Origin: Octopus sinensis
Lineage: Eukaryota
Assembly: GCF_006345805.1 (NCBI RefSeq)
Contig: NC_043005.1
Span: 108,066,001-108,130,000 of the forward strand
Length of the DNA: 64,000 bases
Direction of reading: 5' to 3'
Below the pieces are notes generated by a model. It did no database searches. It was not told where the DNA came from and saw nothing but the letters and a program-made list of their open reading frames with translations. A program made the translations under genes and the position numbers. This document shows, piece after piece, positions 41,654-54,645 of the stretch. How positions within the stretch are numbered: the first letter of the stretch is position 1; the number at the start of each line of letters is the position of its first letter.

Positions 41654-41729
41654 CAAATAACCGAAGAGATGGTGTTGTGGATTTCCATATAAATAAATAT
41701 ATATGTATATGTATGTATGTATATTTATA

Positions 41730-41765
<36 letters not shown>

Positions 41766-42384
41766 CACACACACACCTATATATGTCTCTGAGTGTGTAT
41801 ATGTGATCAACATTATTTAATACCACTATTTGCATGCTTGCATGGGTCAGACAGAATTCATCGTGACAGATACACTACAGACTTCCTGTTGACAACCTTC
41901 ACCTGTCTCTTACCAATATTTTTCAGCTTTGCTTGTATGATGATGATGATGCCGATCAAACACATATACACATAAACATACACACACACATGCACGCACA
42001 CATGCACGCACACATGCATACTCATACATATATATACAATAGACGTCTTTTAGTCCACCAAATCAACACATAAGGCTTCAGTCAACCTGGGCCTATAGTA
42101 AAAGACTCTTGCCCAAGGTGTCATGCAATCGGATTTAAACTGGGGTCAAGGACATATACTTGGGAAGCAAAGATCTCAACTGCACAGCCATGTCTGCACC
42201 ACATCTAAGTGTATGAGTATGTATTCTCATCCAAGATAGGGACGAGTTCCAAGTGGCAGGCTTGATGATTGTTGAGAAAACTCTTTTACATGAAACCAAT
42301 GGTAGCCTTGTTAACTCAGAAATAAAGAATATTTATCCACCAATGCAGTGTTTAACACTCATTCTCACTGGTCATTATTCGTCG

Positions 42385-42755
42385 TCATCATCATCATCAT
42401 CATCGTTTAACGTCCGCTTTCTATGCTAGCATGGGTTGGACGAATGACTGAGGGCTGGCGAACCAGATGGCTGCACCAGGCTTGAATCGTGATCTGGCAG
42501 AGTTTCTACTGCTGGATGCCCTTCTTAAAGGCCAACCACTCCGAGAGTGTAGTGGATGCTTTTACATGTCACCGGCATTGGGGCCAGTCAGGCAGTACTG
42601 GCAACGACCTCGCTTGAATCTTTTACACATGCTACCGGCACAGGTGCCAGTAAGGCGATGCTGGTAATGATCACGCTCGAATGGTGCCTTTTATGTGCCA
42701 CTGGCACGGAAGCCAGTTAGCCGCTCTGCCAACGATCACGCTTGAATGGTGCTGA
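42385..42755 (-). mobile_element. Family D element
   Basis: Same blocks as 34106-34375, in reverse orientation. Confidence 0.85.
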
Positions 42756-43023
42756 TATTTATCAATATTTATTATCAGTACTATTATTACTTGAGCATCT
42801 ACTTTTCCATGCTTGCATAAGTCAAACAGGATTCACTGAGGCACATTTTCTATGATTGGATGCTTTTCCCATCACCAACCTCACTTTCCCTTTGTCTTTT
42901 TCTTCATGAAGATTACAATCAGTCAACGCTGGTTGTATGATAGCATTCTTTTGTTTGCACTTAACACTCTATAACAAGACAAGGTGACAGAAGAATACAC
43001 AAACTCTCTCTCTCTCTCTCCTG

Positions 43024-43054
<31 letters not shown>

Positions 43055-43129
43055 GTACACACACAATCCCCCATTCAATCTATATTTCCTCTAGCATAGC
43101 TAAGGACTTCCTAGCACTAATTAGAGAGT

Positions 43130-43530
43130 ATTTCTTAAGAACCTATCCCCATTGAACTCCTTGATTTCCATGACGTCAAGGCTAGTTACTCATGCTTAGA
43201 TACAATTGCTTCCAACAATGCACACTACTAAACAAGCAATCGCATGCCTACACAATCACTAAATCCCACTAACTGCCCACTAGGATGTTCTTGCATATCA
43301 AGATCCATTATCCATAGTGCCAGCCTTACACCATCTAATGGCATCACAAACCTTTACATGGGTGTAACAGCGAAAGATTTCAAGGGAAGATTTACATAAC
43401 ACATATACTCCTTCAAATATAAAGACAGGCATAATGCTACTTCCCTGGCTTACTGCATTCTTGGAGATATCTGATGTCAGGGAAAACTTACCCATCATCA
43501 CAAAAAACCATCTTTGTCAAGTGCACTTGA
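43130..43530 (+). pseudogene. Penelope-like element relic, GIY-YIG endonuclease region
   Basis: VKASYSCL..NCPLGCSCISRSIIHSA..LYMGVTAKDFKGRFT*HIYSFK..NATSLA; colinear with the endonuclease region of the element at 51410. Confidence 0.85.
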
Positions 43531-43727
43531 TGAGGAACCGGGAAATTATTACTGTGCAAACTTTTGAAAAATATATGAAACACTCCACATGTATTTTGTA
43601 TTGAGTACTACATATGGAGCCCATTTTGTTTGAATCTGTTTCCACAAAGTTAATACATGTGTGTGAATCATCCCTCTCTTTCTCTCTCTCTCTCTCTAAA
43701 TATATATACACATACATACATACATAC

Positions 43728-43766
<39 letters not shown>

Positions 43767-43793
43767 TCATATGCATACAAACACATACATACA

Positions 43794-43843
<50 letters not shown>

Positions 43844-44640
43844 TACATAATTTATCTTTTCCTTGTTTCAGGCATTAGACTGTGACCATGCTAGAGCACT
43901 ACCCTGAAGACTTTTAGTCAAACAAATCATCCACAATACTTGCTATTTTACTATTTAAAGCCTAGTACTTATTCTCTTGGTCCCTTTTGGCCAAACTCTT
44001 TAGTTGCATGGATGTAAACACACTAACACCAACACCAACCCAAAGACACACACACATAAATGTATCCAACAATGCAATTCACTCACAAGTCTTTGATCAG
44101 CCCAAGGCTATAATAAAAGATACTTACCCAATGTGCAATGCAGTGAGATTGAACCTGGAACCATGTGGTTCGAAAGCAAGCTTCTTACGACACAGCCACA
44201 CCTGCACTTTTCTCAAGCATTTGTTTATCAACTGCTATTATATATGGCTTGTTTGATGCAATCGTATATACACATACATATATATATGTATATATATGTG
44301 CATATATAAAATGTGCATAATATGTGCATGTACGAAATGCATATATTCTTTTATTCTGTTATTTGTTTCAGTCATTTAAGCGTGGTCATGCTGGAGCACT
44401 GCTTTTAGTTGAAAAAATCGACCCCAGGACTTATTCTTTGTAAGCCTAGTACTTATTCTTATGTGAACATAAACACACCAACATCAGTTGTCAAGCGAAT
44501 GTGAGGGGGGGGGTCAATACAGATACACAAATATTTATATATATATATAATATATAATATATATATATATATATATATAATTAATAATAAGGGTGAGAGA
44601 ATTAGATACTAATTAGAGCAATATAGTGACCACTCTCTTA

Positions 44641-44678
<38 letters not shown>

Positions 44679-44745
44679 TATATATCTATATATGTATATA
44701 TATATATAATATATATATAATTATATATATATATATATATATAAT

Positions 44746-44776
<31 letters not shown>

Positions 44777-44804
44777 GTATATATATATATATGTGTATAT
44801 GTAT

Positions 44805-44850
<46 letters not shown>

Positions 44851-45303
44851 GGCAGATTTCTTTCAGCTTCAGTCAACCAAATCCACTCAGTAGGCTTTGG
44901 TCGGCCCGAAACTATAGAAGTCACTTGGGACTGAACCCAGAACCATGTGGTTAGGAAGCAAATTTCTTACCACACAGGCATGCCTACACATACATACATA
45001 CATACATATATACATACACACATACATACATACATGCATACACACACACATACATATATACATACATACACACATACATACATACATACACACATACATA
45101 CACACACACATACATATATACATACATACATACATGCATACATACATACATACATACATACATACATACATACACACATACATATATACATATACACACA
45201 CACACACACATACTATCACCACTGTCCCTGAAACCCCTACCTCTATTACTGCTACGTCTGTTTACCACCACCACAACCACCACCATCAAAACAACAGCAA
45301 CAC

Positions 45304-45342
<39 letters not shown>

Positions 45343-45979
45343 TTAATAATGCTGCATCTATTGCTATTGGTATTACTGTTGCTATGGTGGTCAGTTGGCA
45401 AATTAACAGGCTGATTGGTTGGGTGAATGGTCGGTGGTGGTATGGTGGTGATAGCAGCCGTATTGGTGGTAGAGGAGGTAGCGGTGGTTTGGTGATGTGT
45501 AGCTCTGGTTGTGGTGGTGGCAGCAGCAGCGGTCATAGTTGTGATAATCATAGTGGCGGTAGCAGTGGCAGTGATAGCCGTGATACCTGTTAAGGTGGTG
45601 GTGGTGGTGGGGGGGGGGGGCACAGTGGTGATAACAGTGTGGTTGTAGTAGTGATAGTGGTAGGGGCTGTGGTAGCTGTAGTGGTGGATGTGTTAGAGAC
45701 GTTGATGCTGGCTCTGATAGTGGTGATGGAGAAGATTCTGAGTGGTCAGTACAGAAATAACAAACAATTATGTAGGGACAGATATGTAAACAACTTTTTA
45801 TAAAGCTGTTGCCTAGAAAAAAAAAATATATATATATAATCTGAGTGATGATCGTGTTGTTTTCGCTGGTGGTAGGTGACTAGTGATGGTGTTGGTGGTA
45901 GTACAGAATGGTGGTGGAATGGTTATGGTGATTACAGTGATGTAATGGCAATGTTATTATTGTGTATTGAGGGAATGGT

Positions 45980-46625
45980 AAAGGTAGAGGTGATGGTGGT
46001 GGTGGTGGAAGTGGTGGTGGTGGTGGTGGTGGTGGTGATGGTGGTGGTGGTGGAAGTGGTGGTGGTGATGGTGGTGGTGGAAGTGGTGGTGGTGTTGGTG
46101 GTGGTGATGGTGGTGGAAGTGGTGGTGGTGGTGGTGGTTGTGGTGGTGGTTGTGGTGATGGTGGTGGAAGTGGTGGTGGTCTTGTGGTAGTTGTGGTGGT
46201 GATGACGGATGTGTTGGAGATAGTGGTGATGGTGGTAGATGTGGTGGTGATAGTGATGGTGGTGGAAGTGGTGTTGTTTGTAGTGGTGGTGGTGGTGGTA
46301 GTGGTGGTGGCAGTAGTGATGGTGGTGGTGACAGTGATGGTGGTGGTGTAAGTGGTAGAGGTGGTGATGGTTATGGTAGGAGCGTCAGCAGTGGAAGTGT
46401 TGGTAGTTTTGCTGTTGGTGGTGTTGGTGTTGGTGATGGTGGTAAGTGCGACAGTGGACCAGTGTGTAGTGGTGAATGGTAAGAGAATATTGGTCTTTGA
46501 TGGTGATGCTGGTGGTGGTGGTGGTAGTGGTGGTGGTGGTGGTAGTGGTGGTGGTGGTGGTAGTGGTGGTGGTGGTGGTGGTAGTGGTGGTGGTGGTGGT
46601 AGTGGTGGTGGTGGTGGTTGTGGTG
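45980..46625. repeat. (GGT)n microsatellite with variant units
   Basis: ggt repeats; (ggt)5agt higher-order unit at 46511-46620. Confidence 0.93.
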
Positions 46626-47149
46626 TCAACAACAGCAATTTGAAGGCGAGTCAAGTGGTAGGTGAGGAACTAGTTATGAAGATGTAATAAATAAGATTAA
46701 AGACCCAAGAAAGGTAAAAGAACTTAAAGAAAATGGAAAGATATGAAAGTTGAGGTGGATTGAAATAATTGGTAATGTGTGATGGAGAAAACGGAGTTTA
46801 GAGACGAGGGAGGAGGGATTCGAAAGAGAAGAGAAACCAATTAAAATAAAGACACAGACTTGAGATAAAATATTTTCTGAGTAATACCCAGTCAATATGT
46901 ATGGGTGAGAGTCAGTGTGTATCTATTTAAAATAGAATATTATGCTTTATTTCTCTCTTTGCATCATCTGATATATAAAATAGAGAAGAGTGTGTATTCG
47001 CTTTTCACGTGAAGGTGGCTTCACCAATTGCTTCCATACTTGTGATGCATGAATAATTTGACCTCGGATGCATGTTAGGCTCTTCATTTGATTATTAGTC
47101 TTTTGTTTTTTTTTATTAAAGATTTTTAAAATATTGCTTTTTATAATAG

Positions 47150-47750
47150 ATGAGCAAAACACAAGTTCACAAGTGGTTTTTCACGCTTTAGGAATAGTCA
47201 CGTGTCGCTTGAACACCAATCTCGTTCAGGGTGACCGTCGACCTCACGAGCGAATGAAAACATCAGGATAATTCATGAACTGAACTTGGAGAACCGTTAC
47301 CGAACAACTGACCAAATTGTTGATATGACTGCTGTGTCCTGGAGCTCCTGCCAACTACTTTTGAGCAAAGAATTGCGAATGAAAAGAGTTGCTGCAAGTT
47401 TGTGCCTCGCTTGCTCACAGAAGAACAAAAGAGGTCACGAGTGAATGCGTGTTGTGAACTGAAAGAACAACTGGAAGTTGATTCGAGCTTTTTTTCGAAG
47501 GTCATCTCTGGTAACGAAAGCTGGTGGTACGGAATTTGTCCATGTGGAAGAGGTGACAAAAATAACGACGACAGTGTTAAAAGGCATCACTTTGCAAAAT
47601 TTGCGGGACTGCTTCGATCAGTGAAAAACGCGTCTAGACAAATGCATTGTTTCAAATGGAGAATACTCTGAAGGCGATAAAAATGTCAACATGTAAAACT
47701 AATTAAATAAAATTTAGAGAAATTCCGGTTTCTTTTGGTTACCCCCTTGT
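47150..47750 (+). pseudogene. Internally deleted mariner relic with right TIR
   Basis: MSKTQVHKWF..RSG*PSTS..RMKRVAA(K)FVPRLLTEEQK..KVISGNESWWYG, then a jump to RLDKCIVSNGEYSEGD; TIR-like end attccggtttcttttggttacccccttgt. Confidence 0.92.
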
Positions 47751-48598
47751 TTTTTCTTTCCCCTTTCCTTTCTTCTCTCTTCCTTTCTTTAATTCTTTGT
47801 ATCTCCTTTTCTCCCCCTTTCGTTTTTTCTCTCTCATCTTTTCTCTAATTCTTTTCTTCTCCCCTTCACCGTTTTCTATCTGTTCCTCTCTCTTTCTCAC
47901 TCTTCCTCCTTTACTCTCTCATTGCTCATACGTGATCATCGGCCGTCTTTCTTTTTCTAACTTGAGCTTTTTTCTTTCCTTTTGATCATGCATTCTTGTC
48001 TGTCTCTTCTCCTATCTTTTCACATGTAAAATCTTGTTCCTCCAGCGTTCGCCACCTCACCTCGTTATGGCTTAGCAGCATTTACTGTTTGTTTCCACTG
48101 TCCTGTTTTTGTTGCCAACTTTGACACTCCGCAAATCCCAAATTTTATTTTGCTTTGCGGGAGCAACTGTTTTCTCGAAAACACATCTAGTCGTAATTGC
48201 TCGAAATGTGGAGTAGATAAACAGCCAACTGATGAAGGATCATTTTTTATGTTGCTTGTTTTGTTTTCCATTTTTCTTTCGTTGTTCGCCAAAAAAGTTC
48301 GTATTCCATGTTTTTGTATTTCACGTTGTTTACGTTTTATGACGTTCTGTACCCATATATGCATACCTACATACATATATATGTAAGTATGTACATATAT
48401 GTATGTATATATGCATATACTCTTTCACTTGTTTCAGTCATGTGACTGTGGCCATGCTGGAGCATCGCCTTTAGTCGAGAAAATCGACCCCAGGACTTAT
48501 TCTTTGTAAGCCTAGTACTTATTCTATCGGTCTCTTTTATTATATATATATATATATGTTTATATATTTACACTCACGCGCACACGCACGCACATTTA

Positions 48599-48958
48599 TA
48601 TGAATTGGTATCAAAAGGTTCCCAGACTAGTTATGTTTCATAAAAATAACTTATGTACCTAAGTTTTAGCCTCATCTCCTTTGAAATAGTCACCTTCCGT
48701 AAGCAAAGCACCAGCCCCAGGGTTTCTGTCACTTTTTGGAATCCGATCTGGAAGTCGTTTTTCAGAAGCGTATCGAGAACATTCTGCGATCTTGACAACG
48801 GTGTTAAAACGGCGATATTTGAGTTACATTTTTATCTTGGAGGGGAGACGGAAATCAGCGGATGTGAAATCAGGCGAGTAGGGTGGGTGAAGAAGCAATA
48901 CCATGTTCATTTTGGCGAGAAACTCACGAGTGAGGAGAGCTCGGTGACAGGATGCATT
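48599..48958 (-). pseudogene. Mariner 3' fragment with TIR
   Basis: Minus strand NASCHRALLTREFLAK..HPPYSPDFTSADF (YSPDL-like motif)..EGDYFKGD; TIR ggtatcaaaaggttcccagactag resembles 17637-17667. Confidence 0.9.
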
Positions 48959-49771
48959 CCACCTGCGTAGCTAGAGTGTGTGCTTCCCGGGGTGGCCCTT
49001 CTGTTTGCCACCCTCGGACCTCACAAAAAAACAAATAGTGTCTACAAGACACCCCAAAGTGCTGCCCGTAAATACACACACACACACACACATATTTCTT
49101 CGCTCTCCTGTGTGATCCTTCTGTCCGGCAGTCGCCATAATAGATCGGTAGCCACTACACACATTTTTTCCCTCTTTGTTTCTCTCCTTGTTTTTTCTGT
49201 GTTCCTTTCTGTAGAAGAGCGTAGGATCGATACGTAAAAGACTTTTTCAATTCCCGAGCGTTATACTAATACATCTGTTTGTTTTCTACACCACCTGTCT
49301 TCGTCTTTTGCTTTTTTCGTGAACTCTCCCCTATATATATATAAACACATACATACACACGCACACACATTTAGAAGGTTGACTGTTATAGCCCGTCAGA
49401 GAGTGACCTTTGGTTTCGCACGTATAAAGCGACTAGCTGCATACACGACACGTCAAACTCAAATGGCCAGAGGCACATAACCTCTCTACAACTGAAGGGA
49501 GGAAAACGTCATGGTTAGTTTTGTAAACAAAACGTATATCGAAAATGAGCTCTGAAGGCGAGGTCCCAGGCGGGATGGGGTTATTTCTCTTACATTGGCT
49601 CCTACCTTGACGGTGTACGAAGCTCTTGGTGTACACCCATTCGGTGAACAGGGCATTCCAAGCTTGCAACAGGAAATGTTTCTGATGAAGACATTGACTA
49701 ATCACTTTTTTCTGGAGTTTAGAAAGACCCCTGGGTCGAGTTATTTTACTAAAGCAAAAACATCTTCACAG

Positions 49772-50692
49772 ACTGTCCCTCAGATTTTCGTGTGACTATT
49801 TACCAGACAGTTGTGGTAATACAGAATAATGAATTTTCTTTTAATTGTGAGCATATGCAAACATTTGTGGTTATCAGTAAAATGGATACACATTTAAGTT
49901 TGATTGAGTTGCTAATTTTGAAAAATATACAAGTGTATAATTGGTCACAAGTGGGTGTTGAACGTAGCAGAGAAATAAATATAAACAATAGCTGAATCGA
50001 AAAACTCTGTACCAAAAAAAAGTGAGTGACAAATATGCAAAATAAAATCGATTATGTCAAAAAAGAGAAATTGTAAATGATTAAAAAAGACTATAATAGA
50101 AGTAGACTAAAAAGAAGTATAAAATTAAAATTGAATTTAAAATTAAAGATTAAAAACTTTAGTTGAGATTAAAATAAGTTAACAAGTAAGAATACATTTA
50201 TAATAAAAGGAAAAGGAAAGGAAAGAAAAGTGATAGAAATTAGAAAAGAAAAAGGAGAAAAAAGTAAAAGAAGATACTCTTTACTTTCTTTCACATTTTT
50301 CTCATTTCTTTCCTTCCCTCTTCCTCTTATTAGAATATTTTTATTTGTCTACTTATTTTAATCTCAACTGAAGCTTTTAATCGTAATTTTAATTTTAAAA
50401 TACTTTTTTGGCTTCTATTATATTCCTTTTTATCATTTGCAATTTCTGTTTCTTGACATAATCTATTTTATTCTGGATATTTGTTCAGTTCAGCTTTTGT
50501 CTATATTTATTACTCTGCCATAGAGTACTCCAACGTGCAGCCAATTATACACCACTTTTTAAAGAATTAATTAGTTATCCAATCAGATTTAAATCTTTAT
50601 TCAATGAACTATACTCGCAATTTATTCAATTACATTATTCTGTAATACTATAACTGTCTGGTGAACGGCCACACGAAACTCTGAGTAAGAGT
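49772..50692. repeat. Old ~920-bp fold-back with hammerhead relics at both outer ends (inverted pLTR-like)
   Basis: Arms align as reverse complements around ~50275, e.g. accagacag/ctgtctggt, agttgagattaaaataagt/acttattttaatctcaact, gattatgtcaa/ttgacataatc. Confidence 0.85.
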
Positions 50693-51319
50693 TCGAGGAA
50701 TTTTTCAGCTTTAACTCTGCCTTTGGTATTTCAGTACCATTTCCCACCTTGTTTTGCACTTATGTGCTTACATGTGAGAGCGCGCGCGTGTGTGTGTTTG
50801 TAAAGGTGCATGGCTCATGAGGTTGTGAGTTCGATTTCTGGACTGCTCCGTGTGTCGTGGTCTGGAGCAAGACACTTTAATTCATGTTGCTCCAGTTCAC
50901 TCAGCTGTTGAAATGAGTTGCAGCCCCACTGGTGCCAAGCAGTGTCGGCCTTTGCCTTTGCCTTGGAGAGCATCGGAGGCATGGAGAGGAGAGACTGGTA
51001 TGCATGGGTGACTGCTGGTCTTCCACAGACCACTTTGCCAGCACTTTTATCTCGGAGGGGAATTTTCTAGGGGCAGTCACATGGTCATTCATAGCCGAAG
51101 GGAAATTTTGATATATCCTCCTCCTCATTATCATCATCACCATAATCAACAACAACAACATTTAACGTCCGTTTTCTGTGCTGACATGGGTTGGACAGCT
51201 TGACAGGAACTGGCAAGTCCAGGGGCCGCACTAGGATCCGTAGTCTGTTTTAGCTTGATTTCTACAGTTGGATACTGTTTCTAACCCCACTCACTTTTGG
51301 ATACTTTTTATGTGACACT

Positions 51320-51354
<35 letters not shown>

Positions 51355-53455
51355 CACACACACACATTAATGTTTGTTTTTATGTTATAATAAAAACTGT
51401 TTTACATTACATTGAAGAATTACTCTAGAGTAATAGACATCTTTAATAAGATACCAAAGAAAAATGAATGTCATTCCTTCCAGTTTGACATCAAGGATTA
51501 TTATGCTTCAATATCAAAGCCTATTTTCATGGAGGCCTTAAACTTCGTTATGATTATAAGAAGAATAACAACACTAAAATAAATACAATATGACAAGCAA
51601 AGAAGTCCGTTTTATTCCGCAGAAATGCTTTCTGGATAAGAAAAATACTGAAGGCGATTTTGACGTGAGCATAAAATCAAAGGACTCAGCCAAGACAAGC
51701 GACATCGTTGACCATTGCATATTAAAAAATCTACATGGCAATTTCCATTTTTCTCAGGCGATCTCTATAGGGACGATGGTCTACGACTACTAAACAACTA
51801 CAAGTCCCGAATAAAGGTAAATTTTAGAAAATAATTTCACCAATCTTTTAAAAGCTTGGGCTTTACCATCACAGTAGGACTACAACTAAAATCTGTGATT
51901 TTCCATGATGTTACACTTGACTTAGGAACCAATATCTACAAACCTTACTTGAAAGACAACGAAAATATCTAGTATATTCCCAAACATTCCAACCACTCAA
52001 AATGCATAATCGAAAAGCTACTAAGGAAAATTTCTCTAAAACTTTCTTCTTATAATCTAATGAAAACGACTCAACGAAATAGCAATCCTTTAGTCAATTT
52101 CTGAATAACAGTGGATACAACGGAAACGTAAAATATATAAGCAATATAACACCTACAATAAAAATATAAAAAAAGAACAGAAAATTATCTGGTCCATCCC
52201 CAACCCTTCAATATACAAGTTTCTACATTAATACTCTTTTACCCTTCTACTCTTTTACGCATTTCAGCCATGCGGTTGTGGTCATGCTGGAGCACCTATG
52301 TTATTTTTCAGAACACTCTAAAAACTCTTTTACCTTAATCCTGAGTACCATAAACTAATTAACAAATTCATAAAATTATCATATTCTACAATGAACCACT
52401 TTGAAAAACTGTAGCCCATTGCAACCACCAAACACTGACTAAAACCGAAAATCAAAATCACATACATAACAACAATTGCAATTATAAAGCCTCTTCGTCT
52501 TTCCCTTCAGAAGAAAACTGTCTCTCAAGCAAGATTGTTTATAGTGCAGCTGTAACCACTAATACAAAACCAACTACTACAACTGCATAGGTAGGGTTTA
52601 CATCAAACCAACTGCAAACACGATACAACAAACACACGATTTTCGGAACCCAAACAGGAAAAAAATGATACATCTCTATCTAGATATATATGGAGTTTAA
52701 AATCAGGACATATTCCATCCATCATTAACTGGAATATATTGTCACAAGCACAATCATACAAAGATAAAAACAAATCGTACAAAGATTGCACCAATGAATC
52801 CTACCAGATTCTTAGATTGAAAAACCAAACTATGAACCGAAACTCCGAATTAGTCTCCTCTTGTAAGCAAAAAGTCGTTAAAACTTCAAACCTATAAATC
52901 TTTCTAACGGCTTTGTATGAAAATACCCCACCACCTTCTTTCTCTCATTTCTACCTTATCCATTAACTACAATCTTAATAAAACATGAACATCGATATAA
53001 CCCAACACAAAACAAGGCATGCAGAAATTATCTATGAGTTCCCAAATTTTCAAAAAGTTGTCACAAAATTTTCTAACAAAAGTCCACACATATATTTATG
53101 CAAGGAGAGTGAAAGAATAACGTAGTTTAGAGTTTCCGGGGAATTTTTTTATAATGCCCAACTTTTGAATATTTTAATATGTAAATATAACATACTATAA
53201 AATGTACCCATGCCTGAAACCGAATACAAGAAATATCTATAAGAAACAGCTTACAAAATTTTTATGCAAAAACGTTAAACTTATTTACAGTAACCAAATA
53301 CTCTTCAGAAGAATGATTCCCTGTGAAAAATATACATGTCAACAACTTTTAAACGTGCCTAAATATTCTTGTGAGCATTAAAACATTTAATTAACAATTC
53401 TTTCATACTAATATAATTGTGACATATGAAACACCTTTCCACTAATACCAAACCT

Positions 53456-53686
53456 ATTTCTTTACTACCCACAAGGGGCTAAACACAGAGGGGAATAAAA
53501 AAGGACAGACAAACTGATTAAGTCGATTACATCGACCCCAGTGCGTAACTGGTACTTAATTTATCGACTCCGAAAGGATGGATGGCAAAGTCGACCACGG
53601 CGGAATTTGAACTCAGAACGTAGCGGCAGACAAAATACCGTTAAGCATTTCATCCGGCGTGCTAACGTTTCTGCCAGCTTGCCGCT
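53456..53686 (-). mobile_element. Full-length SINE family B nested in the PLE 3' region
   Basis: TSD ctaatacca(a)acct at 53442-53455 and 53687-53699. Confidence 0.93.
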
Positions 53687-54164
53687 CTAATACCAACCTG
53701 CCAACTAACTTAATCTTACCATACACTTACATTTCTTTGTGAACCCTTAAACACCAATACCCTAAATTTTGATATACCAAGATTGACACCAAAATGCGTT
53801 CTCTTAGATTTAACCTTCACAATCTTAAAACAAAAAGTAAACATTCCACTAATATCTAAATAAAACCAACAATAACCAAACCAAGTGACAGATCTGTCCA
53901 AGAACTTAACGTTGTTCTTTTGTGAACATATATGACCCAAAGATGACACACCGAAAAATACATGCCTAGTTACACAACTCTACATGCATCAATAAATTCT
54001 AACAATTAGCACGTTCCCAAATTTAATCCATAAGAATCCTTCGCACCATCCAGCCACTACAACTTACCATACACCATAATTACCATTCAACAGGACTCAG
54101 GTTACCCAGGAAAATTATAAACTTAATAGAGACTATATAAAGCCAATATGAACTTAAATGATTT

Positions 54165-54209
54165 ACTGTCCGATGATGCTTTAGCTGACCGAAGCTTCGA
54201 AGTCACTGT
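54165..54209 (+). ncRNA. Hammerhead ribozyme relic at the PLE 3' end
   Basis: ACUGU CCGAUGA ... C GAAGC UUCGAA GUC ACUGU: palindromic stem III, GUC triplet, several inactivating changes. Confidence 0.55.
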
Positions 54210-54231
54210 TGATGCTGCTCTTGGTAAAGAA

Positions 54232-54279
<48 letters not shown>

Positions 54280-54289
54280 TCAGCATCAC

Positions 54290-54645
54290 CGTTTAACGTC
54301 CGCTTTCCATGCTGGCATGGGTTGGATGATTTTGCTGAGGACTGGCGAACCAGATGCCTGCACCAGGCTCCAATCTTGATCTGGAAGAGTTTCTACAGCT
54401 AGATGCCCTTCCTAACACCAACCAATCTGAGAGTATAGTGGGTGCTTTTATGTGCCACCGGCACGAGGGCCAGTCAGGCGGTACTGGCAACGGCCACGCC
54501 CAAATGGGTTTTTTTTTACATGCCACCTGCACACAAGCACAAGTGCCAGTAAGGCGACGCTCGTAACGATCACGCTCGAATGGTGCTTTGTACGTTCCAC
54601 CGGCTCGGACGCCAGTTAGCCGCTCTGGCAACGATCACTAGCACG
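54290..54645 (-). mobile_element. Family D element
   Basis: Colinear with 42385-42755. Confidence 0.85.

Larger units (their letters stand above)
51410..54232 (+). mobile_element. 5'-truncated Penelope-like retroelement (RT plus C-terminal GIY-YIG, Naiad-like motifs), decayed
   Basis: FQFDIKDYYASIS, GDFDVS, LYRDDGL (51763-51783), FHDVTLDL..YKPY..HSNH, KIIW, IKLSYSTM, IVYSAAV, TSLSRYIWSLK, NRNSELVSSC; presumed 3' UTR ends in a hammerhead relic and (TA)n. Confidence 0.92.

Noticed and set aside
46352-46687. (GGGGGS)n linker-like ORF
   Set aside because: It is a (GGT)5AGT variant inside a larger GGT microsatellite with single-codon usage.
52470-52870. Selenocysteine (UGA) recoding as reported for some Naiad PLEs
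   Set aside because: The conserved Cys positions read TGC/TGT or decayed TAT/TTC/TAC, not TGA, and no SECIS was recognised.
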